The translations under genes were made by a program, and so were the position numbers. Positions 24,060-39,400 of a stretch of DNA of 61,717 bases are shown in pieces (position 1 is the stretch's first letter; each line of letters begins with the position of its first letter). Source of the DNA: Nemertoderma westbladi. Its lineage: Eukaryota > Animalia > Xenacoelomorpha. The notes below the pieces were generated by a model, which saw only the letters and a list, made by a program, of their open reading frames with translations, made no database searches and was not told where the DNA came from. The stretch is taken from positions 1-61,717 of the forward strand of contig JAUCBJ010003332.1 of NCBI GenBank assembly GCA_032718475.1. Direction: 5' to 3'.

Positions 24060-27000
24060 TCATACTTTATGAGCAGTCCCCTAGGTCCCTGCTTCTTTCG
24101 TCATAATTTATGAGCAGTCCCCTAGGTCCCTCCTTCTATCGTCATACTTTATGAGCAGTCCACTAGGTCCCTGCTTCCCTCGTCATACTTTATGAGCAGT
24201 CAACTATGTCCCTCCTTCTATCGTCATACTTTATGAGCAGTCAACTAGGTCCCTCCTTCTATCGTCATACTTTATGAGCAGTGCACTAGGTCCTTCCTTC
24301 TATCGTCATACTTTATGAGCAGTGCACTAGGTCCCTCCTTCTATCGTCATACTTTATGAGCAGTCCCCTAGGTCCCTGCTTCCCTCGTCATATTTTATGA
24401 GCAGTCAACTAGGTCCCGGCTTCTATCGTCATACTTTACGAGCATTCAACTAGGTCCCTCCTTCTATCGTCATACTTTATGAGCAGTGCACTAGGTCCCT
24501 CCTTCTATCGTCATACTTTATGAGCAGTGCACTAGGTCCCTCCTTCTATCGTCATACTTTATGAGCAGTCCCCTAGGTCCCTGCTTCTTTCGTCATAATT
24601 TATGAGCAGTCCCCTAAGTCCCTCCTTCTATCGTCATACTTTATGAGCAGTCCACTAGGTCCCTGCTTCCCTCGTCATATTTTATGAGCAGTCAACTAGG
24701 TCCCGGCATCTATCGTCATACATTACGAGCATTCAACTAGGTCCCTCCTTCTATCATCATACTTCATGAGCAGTCCACTAGGTCCCGTCTTCTATCGTCA
24801 TACTTTACGAGCATTCAACTAGGTCCCTCTTTCTCTCGTAACTACTTTATGAGCAGTCCCCTAGGTCCCTGCTTCCCTCGTCATACTTTATAAGCAATCT
24901 ACTAAGTCCCGGCTTCTATCGTGATACTTTATGAGCAGTCCACTAGGTCCCTCCTTCTATCGTCATGCTTTATGAGCAGTCCACTAGGTCCCTCCTTCTA
25001 TCGTCATACTTCATGAGCAGTCCACTAGGTCCCGTCTTCTATCGTCATACTTTATAAGCAGTCCACTATGTCCTTCCTTCTATCGTCATACTTAATGAGC
25101 AGTCCACTAGGTCCCACCTTCTATCATCATACTTTATGAGCATTCAACTGGGTCCCTCCTTCTATCGTCATACTTTATGAGCAGTCCCCTAGGTCCCTCC
25201 TTCTATCGTCATACTTAATGAGCAGTCCACTAGGTCCCTCCTTCTATCATCATACTTTATGAGCATTCAACTAGGTCCCTCCTTCTTTCGTCACTACTTC
25301 ATGAGCAGTCCACTAGGTCCCTCCTTCTCTCGTCATAATTTATGAGCAGTCCACTAGGTCCCTCCTTCTATCGTCATACTTTATGAGCAGTCCACTAGGT
25401 CCCTCCTTCTATCGTCATACTTTATGAGCAGTCCCCTAGGTCCCTGCTTCTCTCGTCATAATTTATGAGCAGTCCACTAGGTCCCTCCTTCTATCGTCAT
25501 ACTTTATGAGCAGTCCACTAGGTCCCTCCTTCTATCGTCATACTTTATGAGCAGTCCCCTAGGTCCCTGCTTCTCTCGTCATACTTTATGAGCAGTCCCC
25601 TAGGTCCCTCCTTCTATCGTCATACTTTGTGAGCAGTCCACTAGGTCCCTCCTTCTATCGTCATACTTTATGAGCAGTCCACTAGGTCCCTCCTTCTATC
25701 GTCATACTTTATGAGCAGTCCACTAGGTCCCTCATTCTCTCGTCATACTTTATGAGCAGTCCACTAGGTCCCTCCTTCTCTCGTCATACTCTATGAGCAG
25801 TCCCCTAGGTCCCTGCTTCTTTCGTCATAATTTATGAGCAGTCCCGTAGGTCCCTCCTTCTCTCGTCATACTTCATGAGCAGTCCACTAGGTCCCTCCTT
25901 CTCTCGTCATACTTTATGAGCAGTCCCCTAGGTCCCTCCTTCTCTCGTCATACTTTATGAGCAGTCCACTAGGTCCCTCCTTCTATCGTCATACTTTATG
26001 AGCAGTCCCCTAGGTCCCTGCTTCTTTCGTCATAATTTATGAGCAGGCCCCCTAGGTCCCTCCTTCTTTCGTCATACTTTATGAGCAGTCCCCTAGGTCC
26101 CTCCTTCTCTCGTCATACTTTATGAGCAGTCCCCTAGGTCCCTGCTTGTTTCGTCATAATTTATGAGCAGTCCACTAGGTCCCTCCTTCTATCGTCATAC
26201 TTTATGAGCAGTCCACTAGGTCCCTCCTTCTATCGTCATACTTTATGAGCAGTCCACTAGGTCCCTCCTTCTATCGTCATACTTTATGAGCAGTCCACTA
26301 GGTCCCTCATTCTCTCGTCATACTTTATGAGCAGTCCACTAGGTCCCTCCTTCTCTCGTCATACTTTATGAGCAGTCCCCTAGGTCCCTGCTTCTTTCGT
26401 CATAATTTATGAGCAGTCCCGTAGGTCCCTCCTTCTCTCGTCATACTTCATGAGCAGTCCACTAGGTCCCTCCTTCTCTCGTCATACTTTATGAGCAGTC
26501 CCCTAGGTCCCTCCTTCTCTCGTCATACTTTATGAGCAGTCCACTAGGTCCCTCCTTCTATCGTCATACTTTATGAGCAGTCCCCTAGGTCCCTGCTTCT
26601 TTCGTCATAATTTATGAGCAGGCCCCCTAGGTCCCTCCTTCTCTCGTCATTCTTTATGAGCAGTCCACTAGGTCCCTCCTTCTATCGTCATACTTTATGA
26701 GCAGTCCCCTAGGTCCCTGCTTCTCTCGTCATAATTTATGAGCAGTCCACTAGGTCCCTCCTTCTATCGTCATACTTTATGAGCAGTCCACTAGGTCCCT
26801 CCTTCTATCGTCATACTTTATGAGCAGTCCCCTAGGTCCCTGCTTCTCTCGTCATACTTTATGAGCAGTCCCCTAGGTCCCTCCTTCTATCGTCATACTT
26901 TGTGAGCAGTCCACTAGGTCCCTCCTTCTATCGTCATACTTTATGAGCAGTCCACTAGGTCCCTCCTTCTATCGTCATACTTTATGAGCAGTCCACTAGG

Positions 27001-30000
27001 TCCCTCATTCTCTCGTCATACTTTATGAGCAGTCCACTAGGTCCCTCCTTCTCTCGTCATACTTTATGAGCAGTCCCCTAGGTCCCTGCTTCTTTCGTCA
27101 TAATTTATGAGCAGTCCCGTAGGTCCCTCCTTCTCTCGTCATACTTCATGAGCAGTCCACTAGGTCCCTCCTTCTCTCGTCATACTTTATGAGCAGTCCC
27201 CTAGGTCCCTCCTTCTCTCGTCATACTTTATGAGCAGTCCACTAGGTCCCTCCTTCTATCGTCATACTTTATGAGCAGTCCCCTAGGTCCCTGCTTCTTT
27301 CGTCATAATTTATGAGCAGGCCCCCTAGGTCCCTCCTTCTTTCGTCATACTTTATGAGCAGTCCCCTAGGTCCCTCCTTCTCTCGTCATACTTTATGAGC
27401 AGTCCCCTAGGTCCCTGCTTGTTTCGTCATAATTTATGAGCAGTCCACTAGGTCCCTCCTTCTATCGTCATACTTTATGAGCAGTCCACTAGGTCCCTCC
27501 TTCTATCGTCATACTTTATGAGCAGTCCACTAGGTCCCTCCTTCTATCGTCATACTTTATGAGCAGTCCACTAGGTCCCTCATTCTCTCGTCATACTTTA
27601 TGAGCAGTCCACTAGGTCCCTCCTTCTCTCGTCATACTTTATGAGCAGTCCCCTAGGTCCCTGCTTCTTTCGTCATAATTTATGAGCAGTCCCGTAGGTC
27701 CCTCCTTCTCTCGTCATACTTCATGAGCAGTCCACTAGGTCCCTCCTTCTCTCGTCATACTTTATGAGCAGTCCCCTAGGTCCCTCCTTCTCTCGTCATA
27801 CTTTATGAGCAGTCCACTAGGTCCCTCCTTCTATCGTCATACTTTATGAGCAGTCCCCTAGGTCCCTGCTTCTTTCGTCATAATTTATGAGCAGGCCCCC
27901 TAGGTCCCTCCTTCTCTCGTCATTCTTTATGAGCAGTCCCCTAGGTCCCTCCTTCTCTCGTCATACTTTATGAGCAGTCCCCTAGGTCCCTGCTTGTTTC
28001 GTCATAATTTATGAGCAGTCCACTAGGTCCCTCCTTCTATCGTCATACTTTATGAGCAGTCCCCTAGGTCCCTGCTTCTTTCGTCATAATTTATGAGCAG
28101 TCCCCTAGGTCCCTCCTTCTATCGTCATACTTTATGAGCAGTCCACTAGGTCCCTGCTTCCCTCGTCATACTTTATGAGCAGTCAACTATGTCCCTCCTT
28201 CTATCGTCATACTTTATGAGCAGTCAACTAGGTCCCTCCTTCTATCGTCATACTTTATGAGCAGTGCACTAGGTCCTTCCTTCTATCGTCATACTTTATG
28301 AGCAGTGCACTAGGTCCCTCCTTCTATCGTCATACTTTATGAGCAGTCCCCTAGGTCCCTGCTTCCCTCGTCATATTTTATGAGCAGTCAACTAGGTCCC
28401 GGCTTCTATCGTCATACTTTACGAGCATTCAACTAGGTCCCTCCTTCTATCGTCATACTTTATGAGCAGTGCACTAGGTCCCTCCTTCTATCGTCATACT
28501 TTATGAGCAGTGCACTAGGTCCCTCCTTCTATCGTCATACTTTATGAGCAGTCCCCTAGGTCCCTGCTTCTTTCGTCATAATTTATGAGCAGTCCCCTAA
28601 GTCCCTCCTTCTATCGTCATACTTTATGAGCAGTCCACTAGGTTCCTGCTTCCCTCGTCATACTTTATGAGCAGTCAACTAGGTCCCGGCTTCTATCGTC
28701 ATACTTTACGAGCATTCAACTAGGTCCCTCCTTCTATCATCATACTTCATGAGCAGTCCACTAGGTCCCGGCTTCTATCGTCATACTTTACGAGCATTCA
28801 ACTAGGTCCCTCTTTCTCTCGTAACTACTTTATGAGCAGTCCCCTAGGTCCCTGCTTCCCTTGTCATACTTTATAAGCAATCTACTAAGTCCCGGCTTCT
28901 ATCGTGATACTTTATGAGCAGTCCACTAGGTCCCTCCTTCTATCGTCATGCTTTATGAGCAGTCCACTAGGTCCCTCCTTCTATCGTCATACTTCATGAG
29001 CAGTCCACTAGGTCCCGTCTTCTATCGTCATACTTTATAAGCAGTCCACTATGTCCTTCCTTCTATCGTCATACTTAATGAGCAGTCCACTAGGTCCCAC
29101 CTTCTATCATCATACTTTATGAGCATTCAACTGGGTCCCTCCTTCTATCGTCATACTTTATGAGCAGTCCCCTAGGTCCCTCCTTCTATCGTCATACTTA
29201 ATGAGCAGTCCACTAGGTCCCTCCTTCTATCATCATACTTTATGAGCATTCAACTAGGTCCCTCCTTCTTTCGTCACTACTTCATGAGCAGTCCACTAGG
29301 TCCCTCCTTCTCTCGTCATAATTTATGAGCAGTCCACTAGGTCCCTCCTTCTATCGTCATACTTTATGAGCAGTCCACTAGGTCCCTCCTTCTATCGTCA
29401 TACTTTATGAGCAGTCCCCTAGGTCCCTGCTTCTCTCGTCATAATTTATGAGCAGTCCACTAGGTCCCTCCTTCTATCGTCATACTTTATGAGCAGTCCA
29501 CTAGGTCCCTCCTTCTATCGTCATACTTTATGAGCAGTCCCCTAGGTCCCTGCTTCTCTCGTCATACTTTATGAGCAGTCCCCTAGGTCCCTCCTTCTAT
29601 CGTCATACTTTGTGAGCAGTCCACTAGGTCCCTCCTTCTATCGTCATACTTTATGAGCAGTCCACTAGGTCCCTCCTTCTATCGTCATACTTTATGAGCA
29701 GTCCACTAGGTCCCTCATTCTCTCGTCATACTTTATGAGCAGTCCACTAGGTCCCTCCTTCTCTCGTCATACTTTATGAGCAGTCCCCTAGGTCCCTGCT
29801 TCTTTCGTCATAATTTATGAGCAGTCCCGTAGGTCCCTCCTTCTCTCGTCATACTTCATGAGCAGTCCACTAGGTCCCTCCTTCTCTCGTCATACTTTAT
29901 GAGCAGTCCCCTAGGTCCCTCCTTCTCTCGTCATACTTTATGAGCAGTCCACTAGGTCCCTCCTTCTATCGTCATACTTTATGAGCAGTCCCCTAGGTCC

Positions 30001-30190
30001 CTGCTTCTTTCGTCATAATTTATGAGCAGGCCCCCTAGGTCCCTCCTTCTTTCGTCATACTTTATGAGCAGTCCCCTAGGTCCCTCCTTCTCTCGTCATA
30101 CTTTATGAGCAGTCCCCTAGGTCCCTGCTTGTTTCGTCATAATTTATGAGCAGTCCACTAGGTCCCTCCTTCTATCGTCATACTTTATGA
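24060..30190. repeat. Higher-order repeat with a 3,983-bp offset, containing nested 1,273-bp (575+698) duplications
   Basis: GTGCACTAGGTCCTTCC at 24281/28264 and CATTCAACTGGG at 25141/29124 (both +3983). GTCCCGTAGG at 25841, 26416, 27114 and 27689. TTTGTGAG at 25629/26902 (+1273). Confidence 0.8.
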
Positions 30191-30699
30191 GCAGTCCACC
30201 AGGTCCCTCCTTCTATCGTCATACTTTTTGAGCAGTCCACTAGGTCCCTCCTTCTGTCGTCATACTTTATGAGCAGTCCACTAGGTCCCTCCTTCTCTCG
30301 TCATACTTTATGAGCAGTCCCCTAGGTCCCTGCTTCTTTCGTCATAATTTATGAGCAGTCCCCCTAGGTCCCTCCTTCTCTCGTCATACTTTATGAGCAG
30401 TCCCCTACGTCCCTCCTTCTCTCTTCATACTTTATGAGCAGTCCACTAGGTCCCTCCTTCTATCGTCATACTTTATGAACAGTCCCCTAGGTCCCTGCTT
30501 CTTTCGTCATAATTTATGAGCAGTCCCCCTAGGTCCCTGCTTCTTTCGTCATAATTTATGAGCAGTCCCCCTAGGTCCCTGCTTCCCTCGTCATACTTTA
30601 TAAGCAATCTACTAGGTCCCTCCTTCTATCGTTATACTTTATGAGCAGTCCACTAGGTCCCTCCTTCTATCGTCATACTTTACGAGCATTCAACTAGGT

Positions 30700-33600
30700 C
30701 CCTCCTTCTATCGTCATACTTTATGAGCAGTCCACTAGGTCCCTCCTTCTATCGTCATACTTTATGAGCAGTCCACCAGGTCCCTCCTTCTATCGTCATA
30801 CTTTTTGAGCAGTCCACTAGGTCCCTCCTTCTGTCGTCATACTTTATGAGCAGTCCACTAGGTCCCTCCTTCTCTCGTCATACTTTATAAGCAGTCCCCT
30901 AGGTCCCTGCTTCTTTCGTCATAATTTATGAGCAGTCCCCCTAGGTCCCTCCTTCTCTCGTCATACTTTATGAGCAGTCCCCTACGTCCCTCCTTCTCTC
31001 TTCATACTTTATGAGCAGTCCACTAGGTCCCTCCTTCTATCGTCATACTTTATGAGCAGTCCCCTAGGTTCCTGCTTCTTTCGTCATAATTTATGAGCAG
31101 TCCCCCTAGGTCCCTGCTTCTTTCGTCATAATTTATGAGCAGTCCCCCTAGGTCCCTGCTTCCCTCGTCATACTTTATAAGCAATCTACTAGGTCCCTCC
31201 TTCTATCGTTATACTTTATGAGCAGTCCACTAGGTCCCTCCTTCTATCGTCATACTTTACGAGCATTCAACTAGGTCCCTCCTTCTATCGTCATACTTTA
31301 TGAGCAGTCAACTAGGTCCCGGCTTCTATCGTCATACTTTACGAGCATTCAACTAGGTCCCTCCTTCTATCGTCATACTTTATGAGCAGTCCACTAGGTC
31401 CCTGCTACCCTCGCCATACTTTATAAGCAGTTCACTATGTCCCTCCTTCTATCGTCAAGCAGTCAACTAGGTCCCGGCTTCTATCGTCATACTTTACGAG
31501 CATTCAACTAGGTCCCTCTTTCTCTCGTAACTACTTTATGAGCAGTCCCCTAGGTCCCTGCTTCCCTCGTCATACTTTATAAGCAATCTACTAAGTCCCG
31601 GCTTCTATCGTGATATTTTATGAGCAGTCCACTAGGTCCCTCCTTCTATCGTCATGCTTTATGAGCAGTCCACTAGGTCCCTCCTTCTATCGTCATACTT
31701 CATGAGCAGTCCACTAGGTCCCGTCTTCTATCGTCATACTTTATAAGCAGTCCACTATGTCCCTCCTTCTATCGTCATACTTCATGAGCAGTCCACTAGG
31801 TCCCTCCTTCTATCATCATACTTTATGAGCATTCAACTAGGTCCCTCCTTCTTTCGTCACTACTTCATGAGCAGTCCACTAGGTCCCTCCTTCTCGTCAT
31901 ACTTTATGAGCAGTCCCCTAGGTCCCTGCTTCTTTCGTCATAATTTATGAGCAGTCCCCCTAGGTCCCTCCTTCTATCGTCATACTTTATGAGCAGTCCC
32001 CTAGGTCCCTGCTTCTCTCGTCATACTTTATGAGCAGTCCCCCTAGGTCCCTGCTTCTTTCGTCATACTTTATGAGCAGTCCCCTAGGTCCTTGCTTCTT
32101 TCGTCATAATTTATGAGCAGTCCCCCTAGGTCCCTCCTTCTATCGTCATACTTTATGAGCAGTCCCCCTAGGTCCCTCCTTCTATCGTCATACTTTATGA
32201 GCAGTCCACTAGGTCCCTCCTTCTCACGTCATACTTTATGAGCAGTCCCCTAGGTCCCTCCTTCTCTCGTCATACTTTATGAGCAGTCCACTAGGTCCCT
32301 CCTTCTATCGTCATACTTTATGAGCAGTCCCCTAGGTCCCTGCTTCTTTCGTCATAATTTATGAGCAGGCCCCCTATGTCCCTCCTTCTATCGTCATACT
32401 TCATGAGCAGTCCACTAGGTCCCTCCTTCTATCATCATACTTTATGAGCATTCAACTAGGTCCCTCCTTCTTTCGTCACTACTTCATGAGCAGTCCACTA
32501 GGTCCCTCCTTCTCTCGTCATACTTTATGAGCAGTCTCCTAGGTCCCTGCTTCTTTCGTCATAATTTATGAGCAGTCCACTAGGTCCCGGCTTCTATCGT
32601 CATACTTTATGAGCAGTCCCCCTAGGTCCCTCCTTCTATCGTCATACTTTATGAGCAGTCCCCCTAGGTCCCTCCTTCTATCGTCATACTTTATGAGCAG
32701 TCCCCTAGGTCCCTGCTTCTCTCGTCATACTTTATGAGCAGTCCCCCTAGGTCCCTGCTTCTTTCGTCATACTTTATGAGCAGTCCCCTAGGTCCCTGCT
32801 TCTTTCGTCATAATTTATGAGCAGTCCCCCTAGGTCCCTCCTTCTATCGTCATACTTTATGAGCAGTCCCCCTTGGTCCCTCCTTCTATCGTCATACTTT
32901 ATGAGCAGTCCACTAGGTCCCTGCTTCTCTGGTCATACTTTATGAGCAGTCCCCTAGGTCCCTCCTTCTCTCGTCATACTTCATGAGCAGTCCACTAGGT
33001 CCCTCCTTCTCTCGTCATACTTTATGAGCAGTCCCCTAGGTCCCTCATTCTCTCGTCATACTTTATGAGCAGTCCACTAGGTCCCTCCTTCTATCGTCAT
33101 ACTTTATGAGCAGTCCCCTAGGTCCCTCCTTCTCTCGTCATACTTTATGAGCAGTCCACTAGGTCCCTCCTTCTATCGTCATACTTTATGAGCAGTCCCC
33201 TAGGTCCCTGCTTCTTTCGTCATAATTTATGAGCAGGCCCCCTAGGTCCCTCCTTTTCTCGTCATTCTTTATGAGCAGTCCCCTAGGTCCCTCCTTCTCT
33301 TGTCATACTTTATGAGCAGTCCCCTAGGTCCCTGCTTGTTTCGTCATAATTTATGAGCAGTCCACTAGGTCCCTCCTTCTATCGTCATACTTTATGAGCA
33401 GTCCACTAGGTCCCTCCTTCTATCGTCATACTTTTTGAGCAGTCCACTAGGTCCCTCCTTCTGTCGTCATACTTTATGAGCAGTCCACTAGGTCCCTCCT
33501 TCTCTCGTCATACTTTATGAGCAGTCCCCTAGGTCCCTGCTTCTTTCGTCATAATTTATGAGCAGTCCACTAGGTCCCTGCTTCTATCGTCATACTTTAT

Positions 33601-36405
33601 GAGCAGTCCACCAGGTCCCTCCTTCTATCGTCATACTTTATGAGCAGTCCACTAGGTCCCTCCTTCTATCGTCATACTTTATGAGCAGTCCACCAGGTCC
33701 CTCCTTCTATCGTCATACTTTTTGAGCAGTCCACTAGGTCCCTCCTTCTGTCGTCATACTTTATGAGCAGTCCACTAGGTCCCTCCTTCTCTCGTCATAC
33801 TTTATGAGCAGTCCCCTAGGTCCCTGCTTCTTTCGTCATAATTTATGAGCAGTCCCCCTAGGTCCCTCCTTCTCTCGTCATACTTTATGAGCAGTCCCCT
33901 ACGTCCCTCCTTCTCTCTTCATACTTTATGAGCAGTCCACTAGGTCCCTCCTTCTATCGTCATACTTTATGAGCAGTCCCCTAGGTTCCTGCTTCTTTCG
34001 TCATAATTTATGAGCAGTCCCCCTAGGTCCCTGCTTCTTTCGTCATAATTTATGAGCAGTCCCCCTAGGTCCCTGCTTCCCTCGTCATACTTTATAAGCA
34101 ATCTACTAGGTCCCTCCTTCTATCGTTATACTTTATGAGCAGTCCACTAGGTCCCTCCTTCTATCGTCATACTTTACGAGCATTCAACTAGGTCCCTCCT
34201 TCTATCGTCATACTTTATGAGCAGTCAACTAGGTCCCGGCTTCTATCGTCATACTTTACGAGCATTCAACTAGGTCCCTCCTTCTATCGTCATACTTTAT
34301 GAGCAGTCCACTAGGTCCCTGCTACCCTCGCCATACTTTATAAGCAGTTCACTATGTCCCTCCTTCTATCGTCAAGCAGTCAACTAGGTCCCGGCTTCTA
34401 TCGTCATACTTTACGAGCATTCAACTAGGTCCCTCTTTCTCTCGTAACTACTTTATGAGCAGTCCCCTAGGTCCCTGCTTCCCTCGTCATACTTTATAAG
34501 CAATCTACTAAGTCCCGGCTTCTATCGTGATATTTTATGAGCAGTCCACTAGGTCCCTCCTTCTATCGTCATGCTTTATGAGCAGTCCACTAGGTCCCTC
34601 CTTCTATCGTCATACTTCATGAGCAGTCCACTAGGTCCCGTCTTCTATCGTCATACTTTATAAGCAGTCCACTATGTCCCTCCTTCTATCGTCATACTTC
34701 ATGAGCAGTCCACTAGGTCCCTCCTTCTATCATCATACTTTATGAGCATTCAACTAGGTCCCTCCTTCTTTCGTCACTACTTCATGAGCAGTCCACTAGG
34801 TCCCTCCTTCTCGTCATACTTTATGAGCAGTCCCCTAGGTCCCTGCTTCTTTCGTCATAATTTATGAGCAGTCCCCCTAGGTCCCTCCTTCTATCGTCAT
34901 ACTTTATGAGCAGTCCCCTAGGTCCCTGCTTCTCTCGTCATACTTTATGAGCAGTCCCCCTAGGTCCCTGCTTCTTTCGTCATACTTTATGAGCAGTCCC
35001 CTAGGTCCTTGCTTCTTTCGTCATAATTTATGAGCAGTCCCCCTAGGTCCCTCCTTCTATCGTCATACTTTATGAGCAGTCCCCCTAGGTCCCTCCTTCT
35101 ATCGTCATACTTTATGAGCAGTCCACTAGGTCCCTCCTTCTCACGTCATACTTTATGAGCAGTCCCCTAGGTCCCTCCTTCTCTCGTCATACTTTATGAG
35201 CAGTCCACTAGGTCCCTCCTTCTATCGTCATACTTTATGAGCAGTCCCCTAGGTCCCTGCTTCTTTCGTCATAATTTATGAGCAGGCCCCCTATGTCCCT
35301 CCTTCTATCGTCATACTTCATGAGCAGTCCACTAGGTCCCTCCTTCTATCATCATACTTTATGAGCATTCAACTAGGTCCCTCCTTCTTTCGTCACTACT
35401 TCATGAGCAGTCCACTAGGTCCCTCCTTCTCTCGTCATACTTTATGAGCAGTCTCCTAGGTCCCTGCTTCTTTCGTCATAATTTATGAGCAGTCCACTAG
35501 GTCCCGGCTTCTATCGTCATACTTTATGAGCAGTCCCCCTAGGTCCCTCCTTCTATCGTCATACTTTATGAGCAGTCCCCCTAGGTCCCTCCTTCTATCG
35601 TCATACTTTATGAGCAGTCCCCTAGGTCCCTGCTTCTCTCGTCATACTTTATGAGCAGTCCCCCTAGGTCCCTGCTTCTTTCGTCATACTTTATGAGCAG
35701 TCCCCTAGGTCCCTGCTTCTTTCGTCATAATTTATGAGCAGTCCCCCTAGGTCCCTCCTTCTATCGTCATACTTTATGAGCAGTCCCCCTTGGTCCCTCC
35801 TTCTATCGTCATACTTTATGAGCAGTCCACTAGGTCCCTGCTTCTCTGGTCATACTTTATGAGCAGTCCCCTAGGTCCCTCCTTCTCTCGTCATACTTCA
35901 TGAGCAGTCCACTAGGTCCCTCCTTCTCTCGTCATACTTTATGAGCAGTCCCCTAGGTCCCTCCTTCTCTCGTCATACTTTATGAGCAGTCCACTAGGTC
36001 CCTCCTTCTATCGTCATACTTTATGAGCAGTCCCCTAGGTCCCTCCTTCTCTCGTCATACTTTATGAGCAGTCCACTAGGTCCCTCCTTCTATCGTCATA
36101 CTTTATGAGCAGTCCCCTAGGTCCCTGCTTCTTTCGTCATAATTTATGAGCAGGCCCCCTAGGTCCCTCCTTCTCTCGTCATTCTTTATGAGCAGTCCCC
36201 TAGGTCCCTCCTTCTCTTGTCATACTTTATGAGCAGTCCCCTAGGTCCCTGCTTGTTTCGTCATAATTTATGAGCAGTCCACTAGGTCCCTCCTTCTATC
36301 GTCATACTTTATGAGCAGTCCACTAGGTCCCTCCTTCTATCGTCATACTTTTTGAGCAGTCCACTAGGTCCCTCCTTCTGTCGTCATACTTTATGAGCAG
36401 TCCAC
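30700..36405. repeat. Tandem duplication of a 2,917-bp block (about 71 monomers)
   Basis: Markers recur at +2917: GTCCACCAGG 30771/33688, the 9-bp-deletion monomer 31452/34369, the 2-bp deletion TTCTCGTC 31891/34808, and CTGTCG 33461/36378. A few SNPs distinguish the copies. Confidence 0.88.
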
Positions 36406-39400
36406 GAGGTCCCTGCTTGTTTCGTCATAATTTATGAGCAGTCCACTAGGTCCCTCCTTCTATCGTCATACTTTATGAGCAGTCCACTAGGTCCCTCCTT
36501 CTATCGTCATACTTTTTGAGCAGTCCACTAGGTCCCTCCTTCTGTCGTCATACTTTATGAGCAGTCCCCTAGGTCCCTGCTTGTTTCGTCATAATTTATG
36601 AGCAGTCCACTAGGTCCCTCCTTCTATCGTCATACTTTATGAGCAGTCCACTAGGTCCCTCCTTCTATCGTCATACTTTTTGAGCAGTCCACTAGGTCCC
36701 TCCTTCTCTCGTCATACTTTATGAGCAGTCCCCTAGGTCCCTGCTTCTTTCGTCATAATTTATGAGCAGTCCACTAGGTCCCTGCTTCTATCGTCATACT
36801 TTATGAGCAGTCCACCAGGTCCCTCCTTCTATCGTCATACTTTTTGAGCAGTCCACGAGGTCCCTCCTTCTCTCGTCATACTTTATGAGCAGTCCCCTAC
36901 GTCCCTCCTTCTCTCTTCATACTTTATGAGCAGTCCACTAGGTCCCTCCTTCTATCGTCATACTTTATGAGCAGTCCCCCTAGGTCCCTCCTTCTATCGT
37001 CATACTTTATGAGCAGTCCCCCTAGGTCCCTCCTATCGTCATACTTTATGAGCAGTCCACTAGGTCCCTGCTTCTCTCGTCATACTTTATGAGCATTCCC
37101 CTAGGTCCCTGCTTCTTTCGTCATAATTTATGAGCAGTCCCCCTAGGTCCCTCCTTCTATCGTCATACTTTATGAGCAGTCCCCTAGGTCCCTGCTTCTC
37201 TCGTCATACTTTATGAGCAGTCCCCCTAGGTCCCTGCTTCTTTCGTCATACTTTATGAGCAGTCCCCTAGGTCCTTGCTTCTTTCGTCATAATTTATGAG
37301 CAGTCCCCCTAGGTCCCTCCTTCTATCGTCATACTTTATGAGCAGTCCCCCTAGGTCCCTCCTTCTATCGTCATACTTTATGAGCAGTCCACTAGGTCCC
37401 TGCTTCTCTCGTCATACTTTATGAGCAGTCCCCTAGGTCCCTCCTTCTCTCGTCATACTTCATGAGCAGTCCACTAGGTCCCTCCTTCTCACGTCATACT
37501 TTATGAGCAGTCCCCTAGGTCCCTCCTTCTCTCGTCATACTTTATGAGCAGTCCACTAGGTCCCTCCTTCTATCGTCATACTTTATGAGCAGTCCCCTAG
37601 GTCCCTGCTTCTTTCGTCATAATTTATGAGCAGGCCCCCTATGTCCCTCCTTCTATCGTCATACTTCATGAGCAGTCCACTAGGTCCCTCCTTCTATCAT
37701 CATACTTTATGAGCATTCAACTAGGTCCCTCCTTCTTTCGTCACTACTTCATGAGCAGTCCACTAGGTCCCTCCTTCTCTCGTCATACTTTATGAGCAGT
37801 CCCCTAGGTCCCTGCTTCTTTCGTCATAATTTATGAGCAGTCCACTTGGTCCCGGCTTCTATCGTCATACTTTATGAGCAGTCCCCCTAGGTCCCTCCTT
37901 CTATCGTCATACTTTATGAGCAGTCCCCCTAGGTCCCTCCTTCTATCGTCATACTTTATGAGCAGTCCCCTAGGTCCCTGCTTCTCTTGTCATACTTTAT
38001 GAGCAGTCCCCCTAGGTCCCTGCTTCTTTCGTCATACTTTATGAGCAGTCCCCTAGGTCCCTGCTTCTTTCGTCATAATTTATGAGCAGTCCCCCTAGGT
38101 CCCTCCTTCTATCGTCATACTTTATGAGCAGTCCCCCTAGGTCCCTCCTTCTATCGTCATACTTTATGAGCAGTCCACTAGGTCCCTGCTTCTCTGGTCA
38201 TACTTTATGAGCAGTCCCCTAGGTCCCTCCTTCTCTCGTCATACTTCATGAGCAGTCCACTAGGTCCCTCCTTCTCTCGTCATACTTTATGAGCAGTCCC
38301 CTAGGTCCCTCCTTCTCTCGTCATACTTTATGAGCAGTCCACTAGGTCCCTCCTTCTATCGTCATACTTTATGAGCAGTCCCCTAGGTCCCTCCTTCTCT
38401 CGTCATACTTTATGAGCAGTCCACTAGGTCCCTCCTTCTATCGTCATACTTTATGAGCAGTCCCCTAGGTCCCTGCTTCTTTCGTCATAATTTATGAGCA
38501 GGCCCCCTAGGTCCCTCCTTCTCTCGTCATTCTTTATGAGCAGTCCCCTAGGTCCCTCCTTCTCTCGTCATTCTTTATGAGCAGTCCACTAGGTCCCTCC
38601 TTCTCTTGTCATACTTTATGAGCAGTCCCCTAGGTCCCTGCTTGTTTCGTCATAATTTATGAGCAGTCCACTAGGTCCCTCCTTCTATCGTCATACTTTA
38701 TGAGCAGTCCACTAGGTCCCTCCTTCTATCGTCATACTTTTTGAGCAGTCCACTAGGTCCCTCCTTCTGTCGTCATACTTTATGAGCAGTCCACTAGGTC
38801 CCTCCTTCTCTCGTCATACTTTATGAGCAGTCCCCTAGGTCCCTGCTTCTTTCGTCATAATTTATGAGCAGTCCACTAGGTCCCTCCTTCTCTCGTCATA
38901 CTTTATGAGCAGTCCCCTAGGTCCCTGCTTCTTTCGTCATAATTTATGAGCAGTCCACTAGGTCCCTGCTTCTATCGTCATACTTTATGAGCAGTCCCCC
39001 TAGGTCCCTCCTTCTATCGTCATACTTTATGAGCAGTCCCCCTAGGTCCCTCCTATCGTCATACTTTATGAGCAGTCCACTAGGTCCCTGCTTCTCTCGT
39101 CATACTTTATGAGCAGTCCCCTAGGTCCCTCCTTCTCTCGTCATACTTCATGAGCAGTCCACTAGGTCCCTCCTTCTCTCGTCATACTTTATGAGCAGTC
39201 CCCTAGGTCGCTCCTTCTCTCGTCATACTTTATGAGCAGTCCACTAGGTCCCTCCTTCTATCGTCATACTTTATGAGCAGTCCCCTAGGTCCCTGCTTCT
39301 TTCGTCATACTTTATGAGCAGTCCACTAGGTCCCTGCTTCTCTCGTCATACTTTATGAGCAGTCCCCTAGGTCCCTCCTTCTCTCGTCATACTTTATGAG